A DNA stretch of 64,000 nt, from contig JBBTWE010000001.1 in the NCBI GenBank assembly GCA_038062955.1, positions 320,038 to 384,037 on the forward strand, in the 5' to 3' direction. The DNA comes from Patescibacteria group bacterium (lineage in GTDB: Bacteria > Patescibacteriota > Minisyncoccia > Phycocordibacterales > BOKC01). The position numbers and the translations under genes were made by a program. Below are positions 27,893 to 36,874 of this stretch, piece after piece. The first letter of the stretch is position 1; each line of letters begins with the position of its first letter. The notes beneath the pieces are model-generated. The model worked only from the letters and a program-made list of their open reading frames with translations. It had not been told where the DNA came from and did not search any database.

Positions 27893-28041
27893 TATGAATT
27901 TTTAATTCTTTTTGATGGATTTGGCGGTAAAAGAATTTTCAATTTCTCAATGTTCAAACAATTAACTGATTTTTTCATTGATAATTGAGAATTAAATACT
28001 ATTTTGGTATTCGAATTTCAGATTTTACAGGATTGAAGATA

Positions 28042-28059
28042 TATAGCATATATGCTATA
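28042..28059. promoter_or_regulatory. Perfect 18-bp palindrome TATAGCATATATGCTATA, 30 bp upstream of the HTH-murA start. It is a candidate operator for the fused XRE HTH domain.
   Basis: Seen directly in the sequence. Confidence 0.45.
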
Positions 28060-28088
28060 CTACTTACTTAACATATAAACTCAAATCC

Positions 28089-29600
28089 ATGGCAACAGAT
28101 TCTTCATCAATCGGTAAACTAATCCAAGAACTTCGTGAAGCGCAAAATATTACTCAAGAACAATTTGCCAAGAAACTTGGCACAACTCAAAGCGCTGTCG
28201 CCCGCATTGAAAGCGGCGAACAAAATCTTTCAACGGAAATGATTTCTAAAATTAGCCGTGCACTCAATAAAGAAATCGTAAGCCTTGGCACTGGCGCTTT
28301 GAATATTCAAATTGAAGGTGGTACAAAACTCTCCGGTGAAGTTACAACCAAAACTTCCAAAAACGGAGCCATGGGACTTCTTTCCGCTTCTCTACTAAAC
28401 AAAAACAAAACCACTTTAAAAAACATTCCAAAAATAGAAGAAGTTTTTAGGATGATTGAAGTTTTCCAAAGCATCGGTGTTTCTGTTAAGTGGGATGGTA
28501 ATGACTTGGAAATAAAACCGCCAAAAGAAATTTCTCTCGAGAATATCAATAAAACATCGGCCGAAAGAACCAGAAGCATCATCATGTTGATTGGTCCACT
28601 TGTGCATTACCTTAAAAAATTCAAACTTCCCCAAGCAGGAGGTTGCAAACTCGGCTCCCGCACAGTCAAACCTCATTTTTTTGCCTTGGAAAAACTTGGC
28701 GTAAATATTGTTACTAAATCAACATACTACGAGGTAAGCGCACCGGAACTTCATCCAAATGAAATTGTTCTTTATGAATCTGGGGACACCGTAACAGAAA
28801 ATACGATCATCGCGGCCGCACGCATTCCCGGCAAAACGACAATTAAATTCGCTTCAGCCAATTACATGGGTCAGGAAGTTTGTTTTTTCCTGCAAAAACT
28901 TGGAGTAGAAATCGAAGGTATCGGCACGACCACCCTCGTAATTCACGGTAAAGAAAATATTGATACGCCAGTCACTTACTACTTGAGCGAAGACCCAATC
29001 GAATCAATGTTCTTTCTAGCTGTCGCCGCCACTACCAATTCGAGTATCACAATCAAACGCTGTCCGATTGACTTTCTCGAGCTCGAGCTTTTGAAACTCG
29101 AAAAAATGGGTTTCAAATATAAAATTCTGAAAAATTACAAAGCTCTAAATGAAAAAACAAATTTAGTTGATATAAAAACCAGCGCCTCAAAGCTTGTAGC
29201 GCTTGAAGAAAAAATAGAATCCCGTCCATATCCGGGACTTAACATCGACAACCTTCCTTTCTTTGCAGTGATCGCAACTCAAGCCAAAGGCACCACTTTC
29301 ATCCACGACTGGGTTTATGAAAAAAGAGCGATTCATTATAAAGAGCTCGATAAGTTGGGCGCAGAAACTTTACTTGCTGATCCTCATCGAATTTATATTA
29401 CCGGCCCCACACGCCTTAAAGCGGCTGAAGTAATATGCCCTCCAGCTCTTCGTCCTGCAGTAATTATTCTTATAGGTATGCTCGCGGCCGAAGGAACATC
29501 GGTCCTCCGAAATATTTACAGCATAAATCGTGGTTACGAAGATTTAATAAAACGTCTAAACGACCTCGGCGCTAAGATCAAAATCTTAAGAGACTTTTAG
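28089..29600 (+). CDS. murA: UDP-N-acetylglucosamine 1-carboxyvinyltransferase (MurA) with an N-terminal XRE-family HTH domain of about 65 aa
   Basis: The HTH segment is QEQFAKKLGTTQSAVARIESGEQN. The MurA core contains GEVTTKTSKNGAMGLLSASLL, the active-site loop AGGCKLGSRTV and the C-terminal NRGYEDLIKRLNDLGAKI. Confidence 0.85.
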   Translation: MATDSSSIGKLIQELREAQNITQEQFAKKLGTTQSAVARIESGEQNLSTEMISKISRALNKEIVSLGTGALNIQIEGGTKLSGEVTTKTSKNGAMGLLSASLLNKNKTTLKNIPKIEEVFRMIEVFQSIGVSVKWDGNDLEIKPPKEISLENINKTSAERTRSIIMLIGPLVHYLKKFKLPQAGGCKLGSRTVKPHFFALEKLGVNIVTKSTYYEVSAPELHPNEIVLYESGDTVTENTIIAAARIPGKTTIKFASANYMGQEVCFFLQKLGVEIEGIGTTTLVIHGKENIDTPVTYYLSEDPIESMFFLAVAATTNSSITIKRCPIDFLELELLKLEKMGFKYKILKNYKALNEKTNLVDIKTSASKLVALEEKIESRPYPGLNIDNLPFFAVIATQAKGTTFIHDWVYEKRAIHYKELDKLGAETLLADPHRIYITGPTRLKAAEVICPPALRPAVIILIGMLAAEGTSVLRNIYSINRGYEDLIKRLNDLGAKIKILRDF

Positions 29601-29650
29601 TATAAAAAAAGAGCCCCTGCAGAAACGTTCCTGCAAGGGACTCCGAGACG
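29601..29650. terminator. Bidirectional intrinsic terminator between the convergent murA and island-3 ORFs.
   Basis: gagcccctgcag..ctgcaagggactc is flanked by an A-run on one side and a T-run on the other. Confidence 0.5.
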
Positions 29651-29651
29651 A

Positions 29652-30077
29652 TCAGCTTCTGGCGCGTTCTCTTTCGAATGCCCAGTTCACCTTCGGCACT
29701 GCCGCACGAAAGAAGTCGTCGATCTTGACCTCAAAGTCAACGCCAACATCGTCGTAACCAGCTGGTGCAAGCTTGCGGATCAGTGGTCTTGCAACCTCCA
29801 GTTGAGATGTGCCAGCTGGTGCCACCCACACTTCACCCTCGCGAGTGACGATCGCGTCCACACAGACCCGAGCATCATCATCTTGATGATCTTGAAGAGT
29901 GAGAACCGCCTCGCATGAATGGCCGAGAAGATCCCCGAGCTGACTACCAACCCAGAAAGCATCCCCGACAGGACGATGGGGATAGAGTCCTGTGATGTTC
30001 ACGAAACCGACATCGCGCAGCTTACGCTGCATTCTACCCGAAAGTGTCATAGAAGAACTACCTTTAGTCCGAAACAC
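29652..30077 (-). CDS. Hypothetical protein, the cargo of GC-rich island 3. The likely start is the internal ATG at 30050 (aaagg SD).
   Basis: The ORF is GC-rich. It has its own promoter (TTGACA-16-TATACT) and terminator. Confidence 0.5.
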   Translation of the reverse strand: MFRTKGSSSMTLSGRMQRKLRDVGFVNITGLYPHRPVGDAFWVGSQLGDLLGHSCEAVLTLQDHQDDDARVCVDAIVTREGEVWVAPAGTSQLEVARPLIRKLAPAGYDDVGVDFEVKIDDFFRAAVPKVNWAFERERARS

Positions 30078-30117
30078 ATGCTCGGGATGAGCAAGCTCTT
30101 ACGGACTGTCTGCAATA

Positions 30118-30145
30118 AGTATACATATTTTATCTATTTTGTCAA
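30118..30145 (-). promoter_or_regulatory. Consensus sigma70 promoter TTGACA-16-TATACT for the island-3 ORF.
   Basis: The minus strand reads ttgacaaaatagataaaatatgtatact. Confidence 0.55.
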
Positions 30146-30170
30146 ACGAAAATTCGACTTGATTTTGAGT

Positions 30171-30199
30171 TTGGTGCACAAACTGACTTGTGGTATATT
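30171..30199 (+). promoter_or_regulatory. Divergent plus-strand promoter (TTGGTG-17-TGg-TATATT, extended -10) driving the island-3 small transcript.
   Basis: ttggtgcacaaactgacttgtggtatatt. Confidence 0.45.
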
Positions 30200-30205
30200 T
30201 TTGCA

Positions 30206-30420
30206 AGAAGCAGGTCGTCTAACGTAGCACAACGCCACAGGACGATCTGTGCCGAACAACGTTCGCAGGAGGACACATGCGCAAGATGAAGCTCTCCAGC
30301 TGATACGACAAGAAGTCGGCCCGTTGTGGAGAACCTTTGAGCCGAAAGAGAACTGTAGGCTCGATGGAACTTCTAACACTCACCCGTTGTGTCCCCCAAA
30401 GGACATGACGGGTGTTTTTT
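30206..30420 (+). ncRNA. Small GC-rich plus-strand transcript of island 3. It contains an SD plus an 8-codon ORF (AGGAGG-N5-ATG MRKMKLSS) and ends at an intrinsic terminator.
   Basis: The terminator is cacccgttgtgtcc..ggacatgacgggtg plus TTTTTT and lies immediately before hairpin copy 3. Confidence 0.4.
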
Positions 30421-30486
30421 ACCCCGTAGTGAATTTTGGCATCGTTGCCTTGCAACAGAGTTGCTATGCCAAAATCTACTACGGGG
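30420..30486 (+). repeat. Conserved 22-bp-stem hairpin element, copy 3, followed by T8.
   Basis: accccgtagtgaattttggcat-cgttgccttgcaacagagttgct-atgccaaaatctactacggggt. Confidence 0.8.
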
Positions 30487-30534
30487 TTTTTTTTGAATCT
30501 ATCACTCTACCTTTTCTAGTGGTACTATAGTGTC

Positions 30535-32418
30535 ATGTTTATTATTGATGTAATACCTATCGCCAAAGGCATCCTCCATGAAAAATTGACCTATTTTAGT
30601 GCCAAAAATATTCCCCTCGGGTCTCTGGTAGAAATTCCTGTACGGAAAAAAATGGTTAAGGCGCTCGTAATAGACAAACGACCTATCGCTGATGCCAAGT
30701 CTCAAATCAAGGGCGCTGATTTTCGAGTTAAAAAAATAAATTCTATAAAAATGGAGCGATTCTTACCGAGTCCCTTTATAGAAACAATTAAAGAGGTTGC
30801 GAATTTCTTTGCGAGCACCTCGGGTGCCGTCTTAGGAAGCTCCTTTCCAAAAACAATTCTTGAAAACTTGGATGATGGATTTAAAATCCCGGAGGAAAGC
30901 GAATTCTTGAAAAACAGTCACGAAAAATTACTGATTCAAGCAAGTGACGAAGAGAGATTTTCAACCTATAAAAGTCTTATAAGAGAAGAATTCGCCAAAG
31001 ATTCTTCTGTTCTTTTTATTGTCCCAACCATCGAAGACATAAAAACAGCCCGAGAATTTTTAGAGAAAGGAATAGAAAATTACACCTTTTGCCTAAATAA
31101 CGGTTTGAAGAAAAAAGAGTTGATTGATTTATGGAAAACAGCCCTTTTGGAGACTCACCCGGTACTTGTTATCGCTACTCCCCAATTTATGTACCTCCCT
31201 CGCGCCGACTTTAATATCATAATCATTGAAAAAGAAAACAGTTCAGCATACAGACAACTACTCCGTCCGTATTTAGATATGAGAGTTTTTGCCGAGATTC
31301 TCTCAAAAAAAAGAGGGGTAAGACTTCTCTTTGGGGACACTCTGCTCCGAACAGAAACTCTTTTTCGAGAAAAGAATTTGGAATTCGCCGATCTTACCCC
31401 TTTAAAATTTCGAGCTATTTATGGAGCCAGCCAATCTCTCGCTATTTTCAAAAAAAATACTGGCAAAGAAAAATTCTCGCCCTTAACTCCGGAACTCATA
31501 GAACTTTTGAATGAGGCTCAAAAAAACAAAACACTCACTTTTATCTATGGATCAAGAAAAGGCTTAAACCCTCTGATTCAATGCCAAGATTGCGGAGAAA
31601 GTTTTAAATGTCCAAATTGCTCTGCGCCAATCACCCTGCATGAAGTGGGCAAAGAACGATTCCTGCTCTGCCACAAATGTAACCACAGAGAAAACGCTAA
31701 AATTAAATGCGGGAACTGCGATAGTTGGAGACTGCAAGGCACAGGAATCGGGCTTGAATTGTTTGAAATTGAAATTAAAAAATCATTTCCCAATGCTCCC
31801 ATTTTTTTACTGGACAAAGAAACGGAAAAAACAGGAAAACAAGCGCGGGCAAAAATTGCAGAATTTCTCAAGACTCCGGGCGCAATTTTAATCGGTGGAG
31901 AAATGGCCCTCTTATATTTGGATAAGAAAATAGACAATGTTGTCTGTGGAGCGATTGATTCCCTATTTTCAATCCCCGATTTTAGAATTAATGAGAAAAT
32001 ATTATCTCTGCTTTTACGATTACGTTCAAAGGTTATAAAGAACTTTTTGATTCAAACCAGACACGCTGATCTTAAAATTTGGCAATATTTATTGGAAGGA
32101 AATTTAATTGATTTTTATCGTGAAGAAATTGGACTTCGAGAAACTCTTGGTTACCCACCTTTTAAGATTCTTATAAAAATAACTATTCAAGGGAAACAAG
32201 AAGCCGTAGAAAGAGAAACGGAAAAAGTTGTGGAATTGTTTAAGGAGAACGCCCCTTTGGCTTATCCATCTTTTATTTCAAAAGTTAGAGGACAATATAT
32301 TATGAATGTGCTCCTAAAAATGCCACCGACGGATTGGCCTGATAAAAATATAATTCAAAAATTAAATGCTTTATCGTTAAAATTCATAATCAAGGTAGAC
32401 CCTGAAAATATTCTGTAG
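30535..32418 (+). CDS. priA: Primosomal protein N' (PriA)-like with degenerate helicase motifs. It has no GxGKT Walker A, and the DEEH motif is replaced by EKEN. The Cys4-Cys4 zinc-binding region is retained.
   Basis: The zinc-binding region is CQDCGESFKCPNCSAPITLH...CHKCNHREN..CGNCDS. The C-terminal domain architecture is that of PriA. Length is 627 aa. Confidence 0.65.
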   Translation: MFIIDVIPIAKGILHEKLTYFSAKNIPLGSLVEIPVRKKMVKALVIDKRPIADAKSQIKGADFRVKKINSIKMERFLPSPFIETIKEVANFFASTSGAVLGSSFPKTILENLDDGFKIPEESEFLKNSHEKLLIQASDEERFSTYKSLIREEFAKDSSVLFIVPTIEDIKTAREFLEKGIENYTFCLNNGLKKKELIDLWKTALLETHPVLVIATPQFMYLPRADFNIIIIEKENSSAYRQLLRPYLDMRVFAEILSKKRGVRLLFGDTLLRTETLFREKNLEFADLTPLKFRAIYGASQSLAIFKKNTGKEKFSPLTPELIELLNEAQKNKTLTFIYGSRKGLNPLIQCQDCGESFKCPNCSAPITLHEVGKERFLLCHKCNHRENAKIKCGNCDSWRLQGTGIGLELFEIEIKKSFPNAPIFLLDKETEKTGKQARAKIAEFLKTPGAILIGGEMALLYLDKKIDNVVCGAIDSLFSIPDFRINEKILSLLLRLRSKVIKNFLIQTRHADLKIWQYLLEGNLIDFYREEIGLRETLGYPPFKILIKITIQGKQEAVERETEKVVELFKENAPLAYPSFISKVRGQYIMNVLLKMPPTDWPDKNIIQKLNALSLKFIIKVDPENIL

Positions 32419-32499
32419 TTTTTCAAATTTTGACTTTTAAATAGAAGTGTGCAACAATTCTTAAGGATTTTTACATCTTAACCTGGGAGGTGAACAGAT

Positions 32500-32697
32500 G
32501 TGCAAAAGAAAGAGCAGACGACACAAAAAACCCGCGAGAAACATCGTTTGAGATTGATACGTGGCCAAACTAACAACACAGCTGGGCCACAGAGTTGCGG
32601 GGAGATTATGGACAACGAACTTGTCACCCGCGCCATAGAGGCTTGCTGGTGGCCACACAACGAGGGTTCTCAAGCACCAATTCTGATCAAGGTGTAG
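32500..32697 (+). CDS. Hypothetical small GC-rich protein (65 aa from a GTG start, or a 17-aa basic peptide from the ATG at 32498). It is an islet with its own terminator.
   Basis: The SD is GGGAGG. The terminator is gagauccuuc-uagc-ggagggucuc plus U7 at 32707..32740. Confidence 0.4.
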   Translation: MQKKEQTTQKTREKHRLRLIRGQTNNTAGPQSCGEIMDNELVTRAIEACWWPHNEGSQAPILIKV

Positions 32698-32781
32698 CGG
32701 GCAATAAGGGAGATCCTTCTAGCGGAGGGTCTCTTTTTTTAACAAACATCGAGTGATATAGTGAACTTACGAGTAAAATAG

Positions 32782-33336
32782 ATGAAAATGACTATAATTC
32801 AAAAAGATAATCCAACACTACACCTAATTGCGAGAGAGGTTTCTGCGGAAGAATTGGGAACGCCGAAAATTCAGAAAATCATCGAAAATATGAAAGAAGC
32901 TCTCCACGCCGAAGAAGATGGGGTGGCTATTGCCGCACCACAGATTGATATTTCGTTTCGCATTTTTGTTGTATCCGGCAAAGTTCCAAAACTCATAGAA
33001 ATGCAAGAAAAAAAAGAAACCGATATTGATTTGAAAGATATCAAAGAAAACATCCCTGATGAAATTTTTATAAATCCAAAAATCGTTAAAGCTTCGAAGA
33101 CAAGAGCTGTAATGGAAGAAGGATGCCTTTCGGTGCGCTGGCTTTATGGAAAAGTTAAAAGATCAAAACAAGTGACTATTGAAGCCATGAATGAAAAAGG
33201 AGAACCAATAAAAAGAGGCGCTTCGGGTTTAATGGCACAGATTTTCCAGCACGAAATTGATCATTTAGACGGCATTCTCTTTATCGACAAGGCAACCGAT
33301 ATTGAAGAATACGAGCCAAACAAAAAATCCAATTAA
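32782..33336 (+). CDS. def: Peptide deformylase
   Basis: The motifs GVAIAAPQI (GxGxAAxQ), EGCLSV and HEIDHLDG are present. Confidence 0.93.
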   Translation: MKMTIIQKDNPTLHLIAREVSAEELGTPKIQKIIENMKEALHAEEDGVAIAAPQIDISFRIFVVSGKVPKLIEMQEKKETDIDLKDIKENIPDEIFINPKIVKASKTRAVMEEGCLSVRWLYGKVKRSKQVTIEAMNEKGEPIKRGASGLMAQIFQHEIDHLDGILFIDKATDIEEYEPNKKSN

Positions 33337-33342
33337 ACAATC

Positions 33343-34188
33343 ATGATTAAATTTGCATTTTTCGGCACCGATACTTTCGCATTAAATTTTCTTACCTCCT
33401 TGAAAGAAAAGGGGCTTGTTCCAAAGTTAATAATTTGTGGAGAAGACAAAGTGCAAGGAAGAGGTCTCAAACTTACACCTCCTCCGGTTAAAGTTTGGGC
33501 GGAAGAAAACGATATAAATTTTATTCAGCCAAAAAAACTTGACTCTTCTTTGATAACAAAACTCAAAGAATCACAGTATGATTTCTTTCTAGTAGCTTCT
33601 TACGGGAAGATTATTCCCGAAGAGATACTTAATTTGCCGTCCCACAAGACCTTAAGCATTCACCCATCATTACTTCCCAAACTTCGCGGCCCTTCCCCTA
33701 TCCAAGCGACAATTTTAGAGGAGATTGAGCCGGGTGTAACAATAATTAGATTAGACAAAGAGATTGATCATGGTCCGATCATTGCCGAGAGAAAACTTAA
33801 AACAGATATTTGGCCACTTAAAACTTCCGCACTTTCTCCCCTTCTTGCAGAGCTCGGGGCAGAATTATTCGCAGAAATTTTACCTGATTTTCTAGCAGAA
33901 AAAATAAAAGAAAAACCGCAAGATCACGGAAAAGCGACTTTCACTAAGAAAATCGAAAAGAATGATGCTTTAATTGATTTAACAACCTCCGCTTGGGAAA
34001 ACTACAAAAAAATTCTAGCCTATGATATTTGGCCACGAGCTTTCTTTTTTACAGAATCAAAAGGAGAGCAATTGAGAGTTGTTATCACTTCCGCTAAGTT
34101 TGAAGACGAAAAATTAATTATCGAAAAAGTTATCCCGCAAAACAAAAAAGAAATATCTTACGAAACTTTCCTCAAAAGTATTCGATGA
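33343..34188 (+). CDS. fmt: Methionyl-tRNA formyltransferase
   Basis: An N-terminal formyltransferase domain is present (SIHPSLLPKLRGPSPIQ). The gene follows def. Confidence 0.9.
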   Translation: MIKFAFFGTDTFALNFLTSLKEKGLVPKLIICGEDKVQGRGLKLTPPPVKVWAEENDINFIQPKKLDSSLITKLKESQYDFFLVASYGKIIPEEILNLPSHKTLSIHPSLLPKLRGPSPIQATILEEIEPGVTIIRLDKEIDHGPIIAERKLKTDIWPLKTSALSPLLAELGAELFAEILPDFLAEKIKEKPQDHGKATFTKKIEKNDALIDLTTSAWENYKKILAYDIWPRAFFFTESKGEQLRVVITSAKFEDEKLIIEKVIPQNKKEISYETFLKSIR

Positions 34189-34191
34189 TTA

Positions 34192-34554
34192 CTATTTAAT
34201 GTTCTTAAGAGTATTTTTTACCTTTGCCCCACTTTTTTTATCAAGAGTCGTTTTTTTGGTTTTAAACTTTAAAAGTTCTTCTTTAATTTCATCTTTAGCC
34301 TCGTCAATTGCCGCATAAATATCATCTTTTTCGGCAGAAGCATACAGCACCTGGCCCAGTGTCTGAATTTTAATTTCAGCTCTGAAAATGTCCCCGTTTT
34401 TATGATGTTTTGTTGTTCGCCCCACCTCAATTTCACAAAGCGCCCCAGTATCTTTTTTGCTTACAAGTTTTGTAATTGACTCGATTTTTTTATTTACGTA
34501 ATTGGAGACATTCTCCACGAGCTCCATATTTGTCGCTTTGATATTTATTTTCAT
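34192..34554 (-). CDS. hpf: Ribosome hibernation promoting factor / RaiA family
   Basis: A 120-aa protein. The N-terminus MKINIKATNMELVENVSNYV and the beta-alpha-beta-beta-beta-alpha fold pattern fit this family. Confidence 0.85.
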   Translation of the reverse strand: MKINIKATNMELVENVSNYVNKKIESITKLVSKKDTGALCEIEVGRTTKHHKNGDIFRAEIKIQTLGQVLYASAEKDDIYAAIDEAKDEIKEELLKFKTKKTTLDKKSGAKVKNTLKNIK

Positions 34555-34555
34555 C

Positions 34556-34672
34556 CCGTACGAAGTAGGACACGGACAAAATAAATTATCCTGAACCTAC
34601 TTTAAATTAAGTAATAAAATATTAACTCTTAGATAAATAATCCCGCTGGGTGTCCGTGACTTCGTACGGGAT
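34556..34672 (-). promoter_or_regulatory. hpf 5' leader. A 20-bp inverted repeat (cccgtacgaagt..cacggaca / tgtccgtg..acttcgtacggg) brackets an AT-rich loop of about 75 nt. The 3' arm ends exactly at the AUG and there is no SD.
   Basis: Seen directly in the sequence. The CCCGTACGAAGT arm resembles the CCCGTAGTGAA arm of the hairpin family. Confidence 0.4.
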
Positions 34673-34721
34673 TCATCCCTATATTATAACAAAAGGAGAA
34701 TATTTACGAAATATATCAAAA

Positions 34722-34755
34722 AAACACTGCCCGGGATAGGCAGTGGTTTTTCAAC
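34722..34755 (-). terminator. Intrinsic terminator (cactgcctatcccgggcagtg plus T7) after the membrane protein gene.
   Basis: Seen on the minus strand. Confidence 0.5.
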
Positions 34756-34781
34756 GTCAATTTACCAATTGTGAGTAGTGA

Positions 34782-35303
34782 CTAAACAAAGTTTCCTTGT
34801 TTGCTTAGAGTACGAAACACTATCCCCGTCCAGATTGAAATTAATCCAAACAATAAGATTAACCCCGAGAAAACGTAAGTTAAAATTCCTAAATTAAGAG
34901 CGGTATTTAATGTTGTAGCGGTTATCCAAATATCACGAGCGGTGTTTGAAACCATAACAGGCTTACCTTCTGCGTCCAAAACCGGCAAACCATTTTCAAG
35001 TTTTGGAATTTGTCTTGGCATTTCAGAAAATGTTTTTCCGCCCGTTGATTCGAGAGTATGTTTTCTAATTATATCTACCTGTGCTTTGAGTGTGAACGGT
35101 CCCCTGACCTCTACTTTTGAAATAGTAGCGTCTTCTGGTGTCACAATTTTTTCCTGCGCTATATTTTGATAAGTAAAACAAATACCCCATATTCCACCTG
35201 CTACCAAAATAACTCCTGCAATGATTGCTAATAAAGATGAGACTTTTAGTAATTTTTTCATCCCGTAGTGAAATTTCAGGTCGTCCCGTAGTGAAAACTT
35301 CAC
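34782..35303 (-). CDS. Hypothetical membrane protein with two TM segments. The likely start is MKKLLKV at 35261.
   Basis: N- and C-terminal TM helices flank an extracytoplasmic domain. Confidence 0.55.
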   Translation of the reverse strand: MKFSLRDDLKFHYGMKKLLKVSSLLAIIAGVILVAGGIWGICFTYQNIAQEKIVTPEDATISKVEVRGPFTLKAQVDIIRKHTLESTGGKTFSEMPRQIPKLENGLPVLDAEGKPVMVSNTARDIWITATTLNTALNLGILTYVFSGLILLFGLISIWTGIVFRTLSKQGNFV

Positions 35304-35317
35304 TTCTACTACAGGAC
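35268..35317 (+). repeat. Degenerate copy of the hairpin family (cccgtagtgaaatttcagg..cccgtagtgaaaacttcacttctactacagga). It lacks the TTTTGGCAT/ATGCCAAAA core and abuts the start of the membrane protein gene.
   Basis: It shares CCCGTAGTGAA and TCTACTAC with the full copies. Confidence 0.45.
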
Positions 35318-35484
35318 TACCCTTAAAGTGTTATTTGTCTTAATAATTAACTCAATTTTATTACCGCATTCCAGTACGAAGAATTCATAACCTGAAATTC
35401 CCTGTCTGCCGACAGGCAGGTACTACAGGATTCATGCCCACATTATATACCGTCTATGAATTTTACTACCCACAATTATCCACA

Positions 35485-35712
35485 TTAAACAGTTTGCTCG
35501 ACAGAAAGGATTTTGCTCGGACTATGATGGCCTTTAACGATTTTAATTTTATTCTCTGGTAATCCCAGATATTCAGCAATAATAGATAGCAATTTTTTAT
35601 TGGCCGCATTATTTTGAGGCTTTTCTTTCAGGTGACACTCAAATTTATCCGCTGAAATTCTCTCAATCGCTTCTTTATTTGATTCAGTAAAAACTTTAAC
35701 TTTTATATGCAT
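35485..35712 (-). CDS. DUF167/YggU-family protein
   Basis: A 75-aa protein with an ..IKIVKGHHSPSK.. C-terminus typical of UPF0235. Confidence 0.55.
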   Translation of the reverse strand: MHIKVKVFTESNKEAIERISADKFECHLKEKPQNNAANKKLLSIIAEYLGLPENKIKIVKGHHSPSKILSVEQTV

Positions 35713-35797
35713 ACAAAGATTATATACTGGAACAAAATAATGGTCTAAGAGAATCTAGCCCTTCTTGAACAGATATATTATTTAATGCAATATTAAA

Positions 35798-36859
35798 GTG
35801 AATATGATCTACAAATATTTGATAAGACCAATATTATTTAAAATACCGCCTGAAACAGTTCATGATTTTTTTGTAAATGTTGGGGAATATATTGGAGCAA
35901 GGTCTTTTTACAGAAAATTAATCGGCATCTTTTATAATTATAAATCTCAAGATATATCTAAACAGATAGATGGAATTCACTTCAGAACTCCTGTAATAAT
36001 GGCTGCGGGTTTTGACAATAATGCTAGGTTAACTCAAGTGCTCTCGTCAATATCGTTTGGTGGAGTAGAAGTAGGATCTATTACAATAAGAAAATGCGAA
36101 GGTAACAAAACCCCGCGCTTAAAACGCTTACCTCTCACTAAAGGCCTGCTTGTAAACAAAGGTCTAAGGAATGATGGAGTAGAAAAAATTATTTCAAGAA
36201 TTAAAAACAAACCAATTGAAAAAGATTTTGTTTTAGGTGTTAGCATTGCTCGCACCAACGATCTTGAATCATCCACAGTTGAGAAAGGTATAAAAGATTA
36301 TGTTGAATGTTTAAGAATTCTCAATAAAAATAATATCGGTGATTATTACACAATAAACATCTCCTGCCCGAATTCCTTTGGTGGAGAAACTTTTACAACA
36401 CCGGAGTTGCTCTCAAATTTAATGACAGCCCTAGAAGATATAAAAGTTACCAAGCCTGTTTACGTAAAAATGCCGATAAATCTTGGATGGACCGAGTTTG
36501 ATGCGCTTCTCACCGTGCTTGATAAATCGTTTATAAAAGGAGTCATTATAGGCAATCTAAATAAAGATTACTCGCTTATACATAGCGAAGAAAGACCGGA
36601 AACATACCGAGGAGGAATAAGTGGTGAACCTTGCAAATCGTTATCAACAAATTTAACAAAATTAACCAGAGATAAGTACGGAAGACGTTTTACTATAATT
36701 TCTTGCGGCGGAATTATGTCGCCTCATGATGCAATCGAAAAATTTTATGCAGGAGCTGATTTGGTTCAACTAATTACTGGCGTTATATATAAAGGACCAG
36801 GTCTAGTTAAATCGATATGCAAGAGTTATGCCGAGCACAAGAAAAATTTTGTAAACTAA
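35798..36859 (+). CDS. pyrD: Dihydroorotate dehydrogenase, class 2 (quinone-dependent), with an N-terminal membrane-association helix
   Basis: The motifs NISCPNSFG, GGISGEPC and IISCGGI are present. Length is 353 aa. Confidence 0.85.
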   Translation: MNMIYKYLIRPILFKIPPETVHDFFVNVGEYIGARSFYRKLIGIFYNYKSQDISKQIDGIHFRTPVIMAAGFDNNARLTQVLSSISFGGVEVGSITIRKCEGNKTPRLKRLPLTKGLLVNKGLRNDGVEKIISRIKNKPIEKDFVLGVSIARTNDLESSTVEKGIKDYVECLRILNKNNIGDYYTINISCPNSFGGETFTTPELLSNLMTALEDIKVTKPVYVKMPINLGWTEFDALLTVLDKSFIKGVIIGNLNKDYSLIHSEERPETYRGGISGEPCKSLSTNLTKLTRDKYGRRFTIISCGGIMSPHDAIEKFYAGADLVQLITGVIYKGPGLVKSICKSYAEHKKNFVN

Positions 36860-36874
36860 ACACAGCTTCATTTT

